From the IMG/VR virus record IMGVR_UViG_2537561945_000005, positions 1 through 50,588 of that record: a stretch of DNA of 50,588 nucleotides; one strand, written 5' to 3'. A program made the position numbers and the translations under genes. The notes under the pieces are model-generated. The model saw only the letters and a program-made list of their open reading frames with translations, ran no database searches and was not told the DNA's origin. Positions within the stretch are counted from its first letter, which is position 1; each line of letters starts with the position of its first letter. Shown piece after piece: positions 10,651 to 20,051 of the stretch. The stretch comes from a virus (lineage: Duplodnaviria > Heunggongvirae > Uroviricota > Caudoviricetes).

Positions 10651-10685
10651 CGCTCTTTATCAATCTGCACCGCCGACAACGCGGT
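10651..10685 (+). promoter_or_regulatory. nutR (boxA CGCTCTTTATCA, boxB hairpin)
   Basis: boxA consensus at 10651-10662 and a 5-bp stem hairpin ACCGC-CGACAAC-GCGGT at 10669-10685, between cro and cII. Confidence 0.6.
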
Positions 10686-10749
10686 AACTAATTAAGAACT
10701 CATCGAAAGATGCGTATTAGTGATTATTTACCTATGGAAATAGTAAGAA

Positions 10750-11049
10750 ATGGAACAAACAAATTACAGCAAACTATCACAGCGCGACGTTGATCGCGCA
10801 GAAACAGATTTACTTATCAACCTGTCAACGCTTACTCAGCGCGGTCTGGCAAAGATGATTGGCTGTCATGAATCGAAGATAAGCAGAACAGACTGGAGGT
10901 TTATAGCTTCGGTCTTGTGTGCTTTTGGCATGGCATCAGACATCAGTCCGATTAGCAGAGCTTTTAAGTATGCGCTTGATGAAATCACCAATAAAAAACG
11001 CCCGGTGTGCAAGACCGAGCGTTCTAATCAAATCCAGATGGAATTCTGA
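10750..11049 (+). CDS. cII: CII transcriptional activator
   Basis: C-terminus ITNKKRPVCKTERSNQIQMEF matches lambda CII; HTH in the middle; position after cro. Confidence 0.8.
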   Translation: MEQTNYSKLSQRDVDRAETDLLINLSTLTQRGLAKMIGCHESKISRTDWRFIASVLCAFGMASDISPISRAFKYALDEITNKKRPVCKTERSNQIQMEF

Positions 11050-11071
11050 GGTCATTACTGGATCTATCAAC
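10995..11071 (-). ncRNA. oop: oop antisense RNA (by positional homology)
   Basis: The cII 3' end and the 33-bp cII-O spacer are lambda-like; coordinates transferred from lambda oop, which overlaps the cII 3' end. Confidence 0.45.
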
Positions 11072-11081
11072 AGGAGTCATT

Positions 11082-11981
11082 ATGACAAATACAGCAAAAA
11101 TACTCAACTTCGGCAGAGGTAACTTTGCCGGACAGGAGCGTAATGTGGCAGATCTCGATGATGGTTACGCCAGACTATCAAATATGCTGCTTGAGGCTTA
11201 TTCAGGCGCAGATCTGACCAAGCGACAGTTTAAAGTGCTGCTTGCCATTCTGCGTAAAACCTATGGGTGGAATAAACCAATGGACAGAATCACCGATTCT
11301 CAACTTAGCGAGATTACAAAGTTACCTGTCAAACGGTGCAATGAAGCCAAGTTAGAACTCGTCAGAATGAATATTATCAAGCAGCAAGGCGGCATGTTTG
11401 GACCAAATAAAAACATCTCAGAATGGTGTATCCCTCAAAACGAGGGAAAATCCCCTAAAACGAGGGATAAAACATCCCTCAAATTGGGGGATTGCTATCC
11501 CTCAAAACAGGGGGACACAAAAGACACTATTACAAAAGAAAAAAGAAAAGATTATTCGTCCGAGAATTCTGGCGAATCCTCTGACCAGCCAGAAAACGAT
11601 CTTTCTGTGGTTAAACCGGATGCTGCAATTCAGAGCGGCAGCAAGTGGGGGACAGCAGAAGACCTGACCGCCGCAGAGTGGATGTTTGACATGGTGAAGA
11701 CTATCGCACCATCAGCCAGAAAACCGAATTTTGCTGGGTGGGCTAACGATATCCGCCTGATGCGTGAACGTGACGGACGTAACCACCGCGACATGTGTGT
11801 ACTGTTCCGCTGGGCATGCCAGGACAACTTCTGGTCCGGTAACGTGCTGAGTCCGGCTAAACTCCGCGACAAGTGGACCCAGCTCGAAATCAACCGTAAC
11901 AAGCAACAGGCTGGCGTGACAGCCAGAAAACCAAAACTCGACCTGACAAACACTGACTGGATTTACGGGGTGGATTTATGA
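11082..11981 (+). CDS. O: Replication initiator O
   Basis: 299 aa, near-identical to lambda O. Confidence 0.95.
   Translation: MTNTAKILNFGRGNFAGQERNVADLDDGYARLSNMLLEAYSGADLTKRQFKVLLAILRKTYGWNKPMDRITDSQLSEITKLPVKRCNEAKLELVRMNIIKQQGGMFGPNKNISEWCIPQNEGKSPKTRDKTSLKLGDCYPSKQGDTKDTITKEKRKDYSSENSGESSDQPENDLSVVKPDAAIQSGSKWGTAEDLTAAEWMFDMVKTIAPSARKPNFAGWANDIRLMRERDGRNHRDMCVLFRWACQDNFWSGNVLSPAKLRDKWTQLEINRNKQQAGVTARKPKLDLTNTDWIYGVDL
11431..11560 (+). repeat. ori-lambda: four iterons plus AT-rich segment
   Basis: Four 17-19 bp iterons (TCCCTCAAAACGAGGGA-like) at 11431, 11451, 11474 and 11497, followed by an A/T-rich stretch inside O. Confidence 0.85.
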
Positions 11982-12679
11982 AAAACATCGCCGCACAGAT
12001 GGTTAACTTTGACCGTGAGCAGATGCGTCGGATCGCCAACAACATGCCGGAACAGTACGACGAAAAGCCGCAGGTACAGCAGGTAGCGCAGATCATCAAC
12101 GGTGTGTTCAGCCAGTTACTGGCAACTTTCCCGGCGAGCCTGGCTAACCGTGACCAGAATGAACTGAACGAAATCCGCCGCCAGTGGGTTCTGGCTTTCC
12201 GGGAAAACGGGATCACCACAATGGAACAGGTTAACGCAGGAATGCGCGTAGCCCGTCGGCAGAATCGACCATTCCTGCCATCACCCGGGCAGTTTGTCGC
12301 CTGGTGCCGGGAAGAAGCATCCGTTAACGCCGGGCTGCCAAACGTCAGCGAGCTGGTTGATATGGTTTACGAGTATTGCCGGAAGCGAGGCCTGTATCCG
12401 GATGCGGAGTCTTATCCGTGGAAATCAAACGCGCACTACTGGCTGGTTACCAACCTGTATCAGAACATGCGGGCCAATGCGCTTACTGATGCGGAATTAC
12501 GCCGTAAGGCCGCAGATGAGCTTGTCCATATGACTGCGAGAATTAACCGTGGTGAGGCGATCCCTGAACCAGTAAAACAACTTCCTGTCATGGGCGGTAG
12601 ACCTCTAAATCGTGCACAGGCTCTGGCGAAGATCGCAGAACTCAAAGCTAAGTTCGGACTGAAAGGAGCAAGTGTATGA
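11978..12679 (+). CDS. P: Replication protein P (DnaB loader)
   Basis: 233 aa, near-identical to lambda P. Confidence 0.95.
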   Translation: MKNIAAQMVNFDREQMRRIANNMPEQYDEKPQVQQVAQIINGVFSQLLATFPASLANRDQNELNEIRRQWVLAFRENGITTMEQVNAGMRVARRQNRPFLPSPGQFVAWCREEASVNAGLPNVSELVDMVYEYCRKRGLYPDAESYPWKSNAHYWLVTNLYQNMRANALTDAELRRKAADELVHMTARINRGEAIPEPVKQLPVMGGRPLNRAQALAKIAELKAKFGLKGASV

Positions 12680-12966
12680 CGGGCAAAGAGGCAATTATTC
12701 ATTACCTGGGGACGCATAATAGCTTCTGTGCGCCGGACGTTGCCGCGCTAACAGGCGCAACAGTAACCAGCATAAATCAGGCCGCGGCTAAAATGGCACG
12801 GGCAGGTCTTCTGGTTATCGAAGGTAAGGTCTGGCGAACGGTGTATTACCGGTTTGCTACCAAGGAAGAACGGGAAGGAAAGATGAGCACGAACCTGATT
12901 TTTAAGGAGTGTCGCCAGAGTGCCGCGATGAAACGGGTATTGGCGGTATATGGAGTTAAAAGATGA
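12676..12966 (+). CDS. ren: Ren
   Basis: 96 aa matching lambda Ren. Confidence 0.85.
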   Translation: MTGKEAIIHYLGTHNSFCAPDVAALTGATVTSINQAAAKMARAGLLVIEGKVWRTVYYRFATKEEREGKMSTNLIFKECRQSAAMKRVLAVYGVKR

Positions 12967-13039
12967 CCATCTACATTACTGAGCTAATAACAGGCCTGCT
13001 GGTAATCGCAGGCCTTTTTATTTGGGGGAGAGGGAAGTC

Positions 13040-13480
13040 ATGAAAAAACTAACCTTTGAAATTCGATCTCCAGCACATCAGCAAAACGCTATTCACGCAG
13101 TACAGCAAATCCTTCCAGACCCAACCAAACCAATCGTAGTAACCATTCAGGAACGCAACCGCAGCTTAGACCAAAACAGGAAGCTATGGGCCTGCTTAGG
13201 TGACGTCTCTCGTCAGGTTGAATGGCATGGTCGCTGGCTGGATGCAGAAAGCTGGAAGTGTGTGTTTACCGCAGCATTAAAGCAGCAGGATGTTGTTCCT
13301 AACCTTGCCGGGAATGGCTTTGTGGTAATAGGCCAGTCAACCAGCAGGATGCGTGTAGGCGAATTTGCGGAGCTATTAGAGCTTATACAGGCATTCGGTA
13401 CAGAGCGTGGCGTTAAGTGGTCAGACGAAGCGAGACTGGCTCTGGAGTGGAAAGCGAGATGGGGAGATCGGGCTGCATGA
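13040..13480 (+). CDS. ninB: NinB (Orf) recombination mediator
   Basis: 146 aa from MKKLTFEIRSPAHQQNAIHAV matches lambda NinB. Confidence 0.85.
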   Translation: MKKLTFEIRSPAHQQNAIHAVQQILPDPTKPIVVTIQERNRSLDQNRKLWACLGDVSRQVEWHGRWLDAESWKCVFTAALKQQDVVPNLAGNGFVVIGQSTSRMRVGEFAELLELIQAFGTERGVKWSDEARLALEWKARWGDRAA

Positions 13481-14004
13481 CAATCAAATCAAATACGCCA
13501 GCACACGACAAGGACTGCTGGCAAACGCCGCTTTGGCTTTTTGATGCACTGGATATTGAGTTTGGATTCTGGCTGGATTCGGCAGCGAGCGACAAAAATG
13601 CTCTGTGTGCTCACTGGCTAACTGAGGCCGACGACGCGCTCAATTCTGAGTGGGTAAGCCACGGTGCAATCTGGAATAACCCACCGTACAGCAATATCAG
13701 GCCGTGGGTGGAAAAAGCCGCTGAGCAGTGCATACAACAGCGACAGACGGTAGTTATGCTTGTGCCAGAGGATATGTCAGTCGGATGGTTCAGCAAGGCT
13801 CTGGAGAGTGTCGACGAAGTTCGCATTATCACTGATGGACGGATTAATTTTATCGAACCATCGACAGGGTTGGAGAAGAAGGGAAACAGCAAAGGCTCCA
13901 TGCTGCTGATTTGGCGACCGTTCATCAGTCCTCGACGGATGTTTACTACCGTATCCAAAGCGGCATTGATGGCGATCGGGCAGGGCGTCAGGAGGGCGGC
14001 ATGA
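13477..14004 (+). CDS. Phage N6-adenine DNA methyltransferase (Dam-like)
   Basis: 175 aa with NPPY motif ([10 protein letters not shown]) in the nin region; ATGA overlap with the ninB stop. Confidence 0.7.
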   Translation: MTIKSNTPAHDKDCWQTPLWLFDALDIEFGFWLDSAASDKNALCAHWLTEADDALNSEWVSHGAIWNNPPYSNIRPWVEKAAEQCIQQRQTVVMLVPEDMSVGWFSKALESVDEVRIITDGRINFIEPSTGLEKKGNSKGSMLLIWRPFISPRRMFTTVSKAALMAIGQGVRRAA

Positions 14005-14177
14005 GGCGACAGCGACGAAGTTTCACCGACATCATCTGCGAAAACTGCAAATACCTTCCAACGAAACGCTCCAGAAATAAACGCAAGCCAATCCCAAAAG
14101 AATCTGACGTAAAAACCTTCAATTACACAGCTCACCTGTGGGATATCCGGTGGCTAAGATATCGTGCGAGGAAATGA
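14001..14177 (+). CDS. ninE: NinE-family protein
   Basis: 58 aa [37 protein letters not shown] matches the lambdoid NinE family. Confidence 0.6.
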   Translation: MRRQRRSFTDIICENCKYLPTKRSRNKRKPIPKESDVKTFNYTAHLWDIRWLRYRARK

Positions 14178-14179
14178 CA

Positions 14180-14521
14180 ATGGATTATTCACAGTTAAGT
14201 GATTTTGAAATTAACAGAATGGTAGGAGACATAATTTTTAAAGGCCTTTGGGCAAGTAAACCGGAAACATCAGGGAATAACACCAACAAATGGTATTACG
14301 GAAATGCTGATACAACTTTTGAGCCATTAAATCATTTGCCTGACTACTGCAATGATCCGAGCGCTTCATGGCCGATTATTGAGAAATACAGGATTTCTAT
14401 CTTAGACCAGTTAACTGAATGGTGTGTGGATGCAAAAGGCGTAAGCCCAATATTTGATACCAGACCTCTCCGCGCCGCCATGATTGTCTTTCTCCTGATG
14501 CAGGAGGCCAATAATGCTTAG
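14180..14521 (+). CDS. Hypothetical nin-region protein
   Basis: 113-aa ORF with GAGGA 8 nt upstream; no family recognised. Confidence 0.45.
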   Translation: MDYSQLSDFEINRMVGDIIFKGLWASKPETSGNNTNKWYYGNADTTFEPLNHLPDYCNDPSASWPIIEKYRISILDQLTEWCVDAKGVSPIFDTRPLRAAMIVFLLMQEANNA

Positions 14522-14708
14522 CCCATCTCAATCCCTTCAATACCAGAAAGGAAGCATAGAGCGGGCTTCAATGAGCACAGAGTGGATTCTATCTAGGTTT
14601 AGCGCATACAGAAGATTGCCGGTAAAGGGCATGCCAAGCAAGTCGATGCTGCATATGCAAAAGAATGCGCGCTGGAAGGTATGGCGAAAACACAGGTTAT
14701 GTGGCTGA
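14514..14708 (+). CDS. NinF-like ORF, divergent after 12 residues (possible remnant)
   Basis: N-terminus [12 protein letters not shown] matches lambda NinF, but the remainder lacks the Cys-rich NinF body. Confidence 0.3.
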   Translation: MLSPSQSLQYQKGSIERASMSTEWILSRFSAYRRLPVKGMPSKSMLHMQKNARWKVWRKHRLCG

Positions 14709-14727
14709 AAGAGGGGATTATTAAGGC

Positions 14728-15090
14728 GTGAATACCTACAGCATCACATTACCCTGGCCTCCGAGCAATAATCGCTATTACCGCCATAATCGCGGGCGCA
14801 CGCACGTCAGCGCAGAGGGGCAGGCATACCGCGATAACGTCGCCAGAATCATTAAAAACGCAATGCTGGATATCGGCCTGGCTATCCCTGTGAAAATCCG
14901 CATTGAGTGCCACATGCCGGATCGCCGTCGCCGTGACCTGGATAATCTGCAAAAAGCCGCTTTTGACGCACTCACTAAAGCAGGTTTCTGGCTGGATGAT
15001 GCTCAGGTCGTTGATTACCGCGTTGTGAAGATGCCTGTTACCAAAGGTGGGAGGCTGGAACTGACCATCACCGAAATGGGGAATGAATGA
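14728..15090 (+). CDS. rusA: RusA Holliday-junction resolvase
   Basis: 120 aa, essentially identical to E. coli DLP12 RusA. Confidence 0.9.
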   Translation: MNTYSITLPWPPSNNRYYRHNRGRTHVSAEGQAYRDNVARIIKNAMLDIGLAIPVKIRIECHMPDRRRRDLDNLQKAAFDALTKAGFWLDDAQVVDYRVVKMPVTKGGRLELTITEMGNE

Positions 15091-15227
15091 TGTTTGAGTT
15101 TAATATGGCAGAACTTCTTCGCCACCGCTGGATGCGCCTGCGCTTATATCGTTTCCCCAGTTCTGTTTTGACCGATTACCGAATACTGAAGAATTACGCC
15201 AAAACCCTGACAGGAGCAGGAGTATGA
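15090..15227 (+). CDS. ylcG: YlcG-like small protein
   Basis: 45-aa [25 protein letters not shown]... between rusA and Q as in DLP12; below the ORF-track length cutoff. Confidence 0.45.
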   Translation: MFEFNMAELLRHRWMRLRLYRFPSSVLTDYRILKNYAKTLTGAGV

Positions 15228-15312
15228 AGTCAGAGATAACAATCAACTAATACTGTTTTGTTGATTTTTGCTTGTAATTGGCGTTCTGGTCTGATTTTTG
15301 TGGAGTAAGTTG

Positions 15313-15696
15313 ATGCGTGATATTCAGATGGTTCTTGAGCGTTGGGGAGCGTGGGCGGCTAATAATCATGAAGATGTGACCTGGTCGTCCATTGCCGCCG
15401 GTTTTAAGGGATTAATTACTTCAAAAGTAAAATCTCGCCCGCAATGTTGTGACGATGACGCGATGATTATTTGCGGGTGCATGGCCCGTCTGAAAAAGAA
15501 CAACAGCGATTTGCACGATTTATTAGTAGATTATTATGTAGTCGGTATGACATTCATGTCACTGGCAGGTAAGCATTGCTGCTCTGATGGTTATATCGGG
15601 AAAAGGTTACAGAAGGCTGAGGGCATAATTGAAGGGATGTTAATGGCATTAGATATCCGGTTAGAGATGGATATCGTTGTTAATAACTCTAATTAA
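15313..15696 (+). CDS. Q: Late antiterminator Q, DLP12 QuuD / phage 21 type
   Basis: 127 aa [22 protein letters not shown]... matches DLP12 QuuD; sits upstream of the porin and lysis genes. Confidence 0.75.
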   Translation: MRDIQMVLERWGAWAANNHEDVTWSSIAAGFKGLITSKVKSRPQCCDDDAMIICGCMARLKKNNSDLHDLLVDYYVVGMTFMSLAGKHCCSDGYIGKRLQKAEGIIEGMLMALDIRLEMDIVVNNSN

Positions 15697-15885
15697 TATG
15701 CCAATTATTTACTAAAAGTTATTAAAAATGGGGCGTTGAGACGCCCCCAAAAATAAAGGGTAATATATAACAGAAGGTTTATATAGTTAGAAGCAAGGTT
15801 GTGCTTCTAAAGGAAGTGGCTTGAGGGAGCCACTTATATGTTGGGGAGGCAACGCCTCCCGCAACATATCTTTTTCGTAATCAGA

Positions 15886-16983
15886 TTAGAACTGGTAAAC
15901 CAGACCTACAGCAACGATGTCATCAGTGCTTACACCGAGTGCTTTAGTGAAGTCATTTTTGTCAAGCAGGTTGATTTTGTAATCAACGAAAGTAGACATA
16001 TTTTTGTTGAAGTAATAGGTTGCACCTACATCAACATATTTGACTAAGTCCTGATCGCCCCATACTCCAAGATCCTTACCTTTAGATTGCAGGTAAGCAA
16101 CGGACGGACGCAGACCGAAATCGAACTGATATTGTGCAACAGCTTCGAAGTTTTGGGCTTTATTAGCAACGAAGTGATCAGCAAATACAGTCATATTCTG
16201 GGTTTCAGAATAGGTAGTGGCCAGGTAAATGTTGTTAGCGTCATATTTCAGACCTGCGGCCCAAACTTCTGCATTTTTACCGGAAGCAAATACTTCAGGA
16301 AGAACTTTCCCTGCATTAACTTGAGTGTCGGTACGATCAGATTTCGCATAAGTTGCACCGATACCGAATCCTTCGTATTCATAGGTAGCAGAGAAACCGA
16401 AGCCATCACCGTTACCTTCAGTGTAGTTATCGAAATCGCTACGATCGTTTTTGCCTTGGTACTGAGCAGCAAAGTTCAGACCATCAACCAGACCAAAGAA
16501 GTCGTTGTTACGATAGGTTGCAACACCAGTTGCACGTTGAGTCATGAACACGTCGGTTTGAGTCCAAGTGTCACCACCGAATTCTGGCAGGACGTCAGTC
16601 CACGCACCGATGTCGTATGCTACACCGTAGTTACGGCCGTAATCGATGGAGCCGTAGTCACCGAATTTCAGGCCAGCGAAGGCAAGACGGGTTTTATCTT
16701 TGGAGGAACCTTGAGATTCAGCGCGGTTGCCTTTGAATTCATATTCCCACTGACCGAAACCAGTCAGTTGATCGTTGATTTGGGTTTCACCTTTGAAGCC
16801 AAGACGGGCATAAGTAGTATCACCATCATCTGCATCATTAGAGGAGAAGTAGTGCTTAGCATTAACTTTCCCGTACAGATCCAGCTTGTTACTGTCTTTA
16901 TTATAAATTTCAGCTGCCTGAGCAGACATCGCCATCAGTACTGATGCAGCTACAGCAGAAATTGCCACTGTTAATTTTTTCAT
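15886..16983 (-). CDS. nmpC: Outer-membrane general porin, NmpC/Lc (OmpC family), intact
   Basis: 366 aa with signal peptide [23 protein letters not shown] and C-terminal ...VGLVYQF; OmpC/OmpF-type beta-barrel; same location as nmpC in DLP12. Confidence 0.85.
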   Translation of the reverse strand: MKKLTVAISAVAASVLMAMSAQAAEIYNKDSNKLDLYGKVNAKHYFSSNDADDGDTTYARLGFKGETQINDQLTGFGQWEYEFKGNRAESQGSSKDKTRLAFAGLKFGDYGSIDYGRNYGVAYDIGAWTDVLPEFGGDTWTQTDVFMTQRATGVATYRNNDFFGLVDGLNFAAQYQGKNDRSDFDNYTEGNGDGFGFSATYEYEGFGIGATYAKSDRTDTQVNAGKVLPEVFASGKNAEVWAAGLKYDANNIYLATTYSETQNMTVFADHFVANKAQNFEAVAQYQFDFGLRPSVAYLQSKGKDLGVWGDQDLVKYVDVGATYYFNKNMSTFVDYKINLLDKNDFTKALGVSTDDIVAVGLVYQF

Positions 16984-17189
16984 CGTGAGCCCTTTTTTTG
17001 AACTATTATTAAAAAATGATGTCACTGCGCGATAAATATTCATCTAATCAATGTGATTATTTCAAGATGTAAGTTTTGGTTTCTCGTTTGATTTGTGAAG
17101 TAGATCTCTATTTTTATCTGAACTTTTTTCTATCGAATCCTATTCATGGCTCTTTGCTGAATAAAAATAAATCTATTAGCCAATTTATA

Positions 17190-17225
17190 TTAACGGCTGT
17201 TATTTATAAGTGCTCTATAATTTGA
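17190..17225 (+). promoter_or_regulatory. Candidate late promoter pR' (-10 TATAAT at 17216-17221)
   Basis: Consensus -10 hexamer about 190 nt upstream of a strong terminator; -35 is weak. Position between Q and lysis genes fits a Q-dependent late promoter. Confidence 0.35.
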
Positions 17226-17410
17226 AGGTTCAATTTAAACCGGCTAAAAATAACACTGGAAATTATTTGTTGGTTATTTGTTGGGATTTGCTTATGTATT
17301 TGTAGTGGTGTTTTCAATACTCGGTAGCATTCTCGCAAATATCATTTAGTGGTTTACGTACGTAAAAAATTGGTTATGCTGTTAAGAGTGGTTACTTCGT
17401 CACACAGCTT

Positions 17411-17443
17411 AAACCCGCCGTCGAGCGGGTTTTTCCATTTTTT
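17411..17443 (+). terminator. Rho-independent terminator (candidate tR')
   Basis: Hairpin ACCCGC-CGTCGA-GCGGGT followed by TTTTTCCATTTTTT, upstream of the holin gene. Confidence 0.6.
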
Positions 17444-17555
17444 GAGTCTCGATATTAGCTGATAACCCAATACCTGAGTTATTCACTGACTCCGAGTCTG
17501 TTACGTTTCGTAGTATTCCCTCAATTTACACCCGCTTTGTCTGCGAGGTGGGGTT

Positions 17556-17771
17556 ATGAAATCCATGGATAAGTTAACAACGGGTGTCGCCTATGGCACC
17601 TCAGCAGGTAGTGCCGGTTACTGGTTTTTACAGCTGCTCGATAAAGTCACGCCCTCACAGTGGGCAGCAATAGGTGTGCTGGGTAGCCTGGTATTTGGCC
17701 TGCTGACGTACCTGACAAACCTTTATTTCAAGATTAAAGAAGATAAGCGCAAGGCTGCGAGAGGTGAATAA
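17556..17771 (+). CDS. S: Pinholin, S21 type
   Basis: 71 aa with two TM segments; matches phage 21 S / DLP12 EssD. Confidence 0.85.
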
Positions 17772-18268
17772 TGCCTCCATCATTACGAAAAGCCGTTGCT
17801 GCTGCTATTGGTGGCGGAGCAATTGCTATAGCATCAGTGTTAATTACTGGCCCAAGTGGTAACGATGGTCTGGAAGGTGTCAGCTACATACCATACAAAG
17901 ATATTGTTGGTGTATGGACTGTATGTCACGGGCATACAGGAAAAGACATCATGCTCGGTAAAACGTATACCAAAGCAGAATGCAAAGCCCTCCTGAATAA
18001 AGACCTTGCCACGGTCGCCAGACAAATTAACCCGTACATCAAAGTCGATATACCGGAAACAATGCGCGGCGCTCTTTACTCATTCGTTTACAACGTGGGT
18101 GCTGGCAATTTCAGAACATCGACGCTTCTTCGCAAAATAAACCAAGGCGATATCAAAGGCGCATGTGATCAGCTACGTCGCTGGACATATGCTGGCGGTA
18201 AGCAATGGAAAGGTCTCATGACTCGTCGTGAGATTGAGCGTGAAATCTGTTTGTGGGGTCAGCAATGA
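17771..18268 (+). CDS. R: SAR endolysin (lysozyme), R21 type
   Basis: 165 aa with N-terminal signal-anchor-release segment ([18 protein letters not shown]) and T4-lysozyme-like body. Confidence 0.85.
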   Translation: MPPSLRKAVAAAIGGGAIAIASVLITGPSGNDGLEGVSYIPYKDIVGVWTVCHGHTGKDIMLGKTYTKAECKALLNKDLATVARQINPYIKVDIPETMRGALYSFVYNVGAGNFRTSTLLRKINQGDIKGACDQLRRWTYAGGKQWKGLMTRREIEREICLWGQQ

Positions 18269-18726
18269 ACAGAGTAACCGCGATTATCTCCGCTCTGGTT
18301 ATCTGCATCATCGTCGGCCTGTCATGGGCTGTTAATCATTACCGTGATAACGCCATTACCTACAAAGCCCAGCGCGACAAAAATGCCAGAGAACTGAAGC
18401 TGGCGAACGCGGCAATTACTGACATGCAGATGCGTCAGCGTGATGTTGCTGCGCTCGATGCAAAATACACGAAGGAGTTAGCTGATGCGAAAGCTGAAAA
18501 TGATGCTCTGCGTGATGATGTTGCCGCTGGTCGTCGTCGGTTGCACATCAAAGCAGTCTGTCAGTCAGTGCGTGAAGCCACCACCGCCTCCGGCGTGGAT
18601 AATGCAGCCTCCCCCCGACTGGCAGACACCGCTGAACGGGATTATTTCACCCTCAGAGAGAGGCTGATCACTATGCAAAAACAACTGGAAGGAACCCAGA
18701 AGTATATTAATGAGCAGTGCAGATAG
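18265..18726 (+). CDS. Rz: Rz i-spanin
   Basis: N-terminal TM then coiled-coil; ATGA overlap with the endolysin stop. ORF track begins at GTG 18253. Confidence 0.8.
   Translation: MNRVTAIISALVICIIVGLSWAVNHYRDNAITYKAQRDKNARELKLANAAITDMQMRQRDVAALDAKYTKELADAKAENDALRDDVAAGRRRLHIKAVCQSVREATTASGVDNAASPRLADTAERDYFTLRERLITMQKQLEGTQKYINEQCR
18485..18667 (+). CDS. Rz1: Rz1 o-spanin lipoprotein, embedded in Rz
   Basis: 60-aa +1-frame ORF inside Rz with lipobox VVVGC and a proline-rich body. Confidence 0.7.
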   Translation: MRKLKMMLCVMMLPLVVVGCTSKQSVSQCVKPPPPPAWIMQPPPDWQTPLNGIISPSERG

Positions 18727-18757
18727 AGCTGCCCATATCGATGGGCAACTCATGCAA

Positions 18758-19051
18758 TTATTGTGAGCAATACACACGCGCTTCCAGCGGAGTATAAATG
18801 CCTAAAGTAATAAAACCGAGCAATCCATTTACGAATGTTTGCTGGGTTTCTGTTTTAACAACATTTTCTGCGCCGCCACAAATTTTGGCTGCATCAACAG
18901 TTTTCTCCTGTCCAATTCCCGAAACGAAGAAATGATGGGTGATGGTTTCCTTTGGTGTTACTGCTGTCGGTTTGTTTCCAACAGTAAACGTCTGTTGAGC
19001 ACATCCTGTAATAAGCATTGCCAGAGCGGCAGAAAACAACATTTTTTTCAT
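18758..19051 (-). CDS. bor: Bor lipoprotein (serum-resistance, lysogenic conversion)
   Basis: 97 aa MKKMLFSAALAMLITGCAQQTFTVGNK... matches lambda Bor; lipobox LITGC. Confidence 0.85.
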   Translation of the reverse strand: MKKMLFSAALAMLITGCAQQTFTVGNKPTAVTPKETITHHFFVSGIGQEKTVDAAKICGGAENVVKTETQQTFVNGLLGFITLGIYTPLEARVYCSQ

Positions 19052-19151
19052 CTTATTATCCTGTATTGTTAAAAACAGCAGAATCCTATGTGACAACAAT
19101 TAAACGATAGTTAAATGGATTGATGAAAATTAAAACTATATAGGTGTACGG

Positions 19152-19418
19152 TCAGACTATTGGAGGTAGTCTGGATTTGAATGTCAGTGTGTTGTCGGCA
19201 TTATGGCAATGCAATTTGGATAAAGCGGGGATTAAAAAGATAGAGGCGAGCCGGTCAGGTAGAAATGAATCAGGCTCAAAGTGAAGCGGAAAAGGTCTTT
19301 GGCACAAACTGATGCTGCCATAATTACAGCCTGATGACTTGTGGAATGAAACATGTTGAACCTCCTTAATTGATGTGATTCGAGTGAGGAAGGCATTCTG
19401 TCCCTCTATAGTGTCCAT
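19152..19418 (-). CDS. Hypothetical ORF downstream of bor
   Basis: 88-aa ORF with no recognisable features; may be non-coding. Confidence 0.2.
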   Translation of the reverse strand: MDTIEGQNAFLTRITSIKEVQHVSFHKSSGCNYGSISLCQRPFPLHFEPDSFLPDRLASIFLIPALSKLHCHNADNTLTFKSRLPPIV

Positions 19419-19575
19419 TAAATCAAACGGGAAATTTGTCTCATGCGTGAGACAAGTCTCTCCATTAGTGAGTTGTATTGATCGCGACTCTTCAAAGAAT
19501 CCATTACTGCGTTGATGAAAAAGGTTTACTACGAATGAAGGCAGCTATTTCGCTGGTTTCTTCATTGGAGTACAT

Positions 19576-19926
19576 ATGCCCCCACGAACCCCAAAAGCCT
19601 GCCGTGTTCGCGGCTGCCGCCATACCACCACTGACCCGTCAGGTTATTGCGAAAGCCACAAAAGCGAAGGCTGGAAGCAATACAAGCCAGGACAGTCCCG
19701 TCATCAGCGTGGTTATGGTTCTAAGTGGGATGTTATACGTACGCGCATTCTGAAGCGTGACAAAGGCCTGTGTCAGTTATGTCTGCGTGCTGGTGTGGTG
19801 CGTGAGGCGAAAACTGTTGACCACATCATCCCTAAAGCGCATGGCGGCACTGATGCCGACTGTAATCTGCAGAGTCTGTGCTGGCCGTGTCATAAGGCGA
19901 AGACGGCCCGTGAACGGTTGAAGTGA
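19576..19926 (+). CDS. HNH endonuclease (terminase-associated, HK97 gp74 type)
   Basis: 116 aa with paired CxxC and HNH motifs (CQLCLRAG...DHIIPKAHGG...CWPCH), immediately upstream of terS. Confidence 0.8.
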   Translation: MPPRTPKACRVRGCRHTTTDPSGYCESHKSEGWKQYKPGQSRHQRGYGSKWDVIRTRILKRDKGLCQLCLRAGVVREAKTVDHIIPKAHGGTDADCNLQSLCWPCHKAKTARERLK

Positions 19927-20051
19927 TAATGATTCTCAACTGCCTGAGGGGAGGGGCGGGTCAAATCCCTGCGGCCTGACGTCTTCCGGACTGCCCGCCC
20001 CATCGTTTTTTTATACCCGCGAAAAATGAAATTTAACCAGGAGTGCCGCAT
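19927..20051. other. Candidate cos region
   Basis: GC-rich inverted repeat GGGGCGGG...CCCGCCCC (19963-20006) between the HNH gene and terS, where HK97-type phages place cos. Confidence 0.3.

Noticed and set aside
11431-11515. Four tandem ~18-bp repeats that could be mistaken for a small CRISPR-like array
   Set aside because: They are the ori-lambda iterons inside the O gene: the spacers are only a few bp long and the repeat sequence is the known O-binding site.
16087-16944. 285-aa plus-strand ORF inside the porin gene
   Set aside because: Antisense shadow of a well-supported porin gene on the minus strand; low-complexity translation and no start context.
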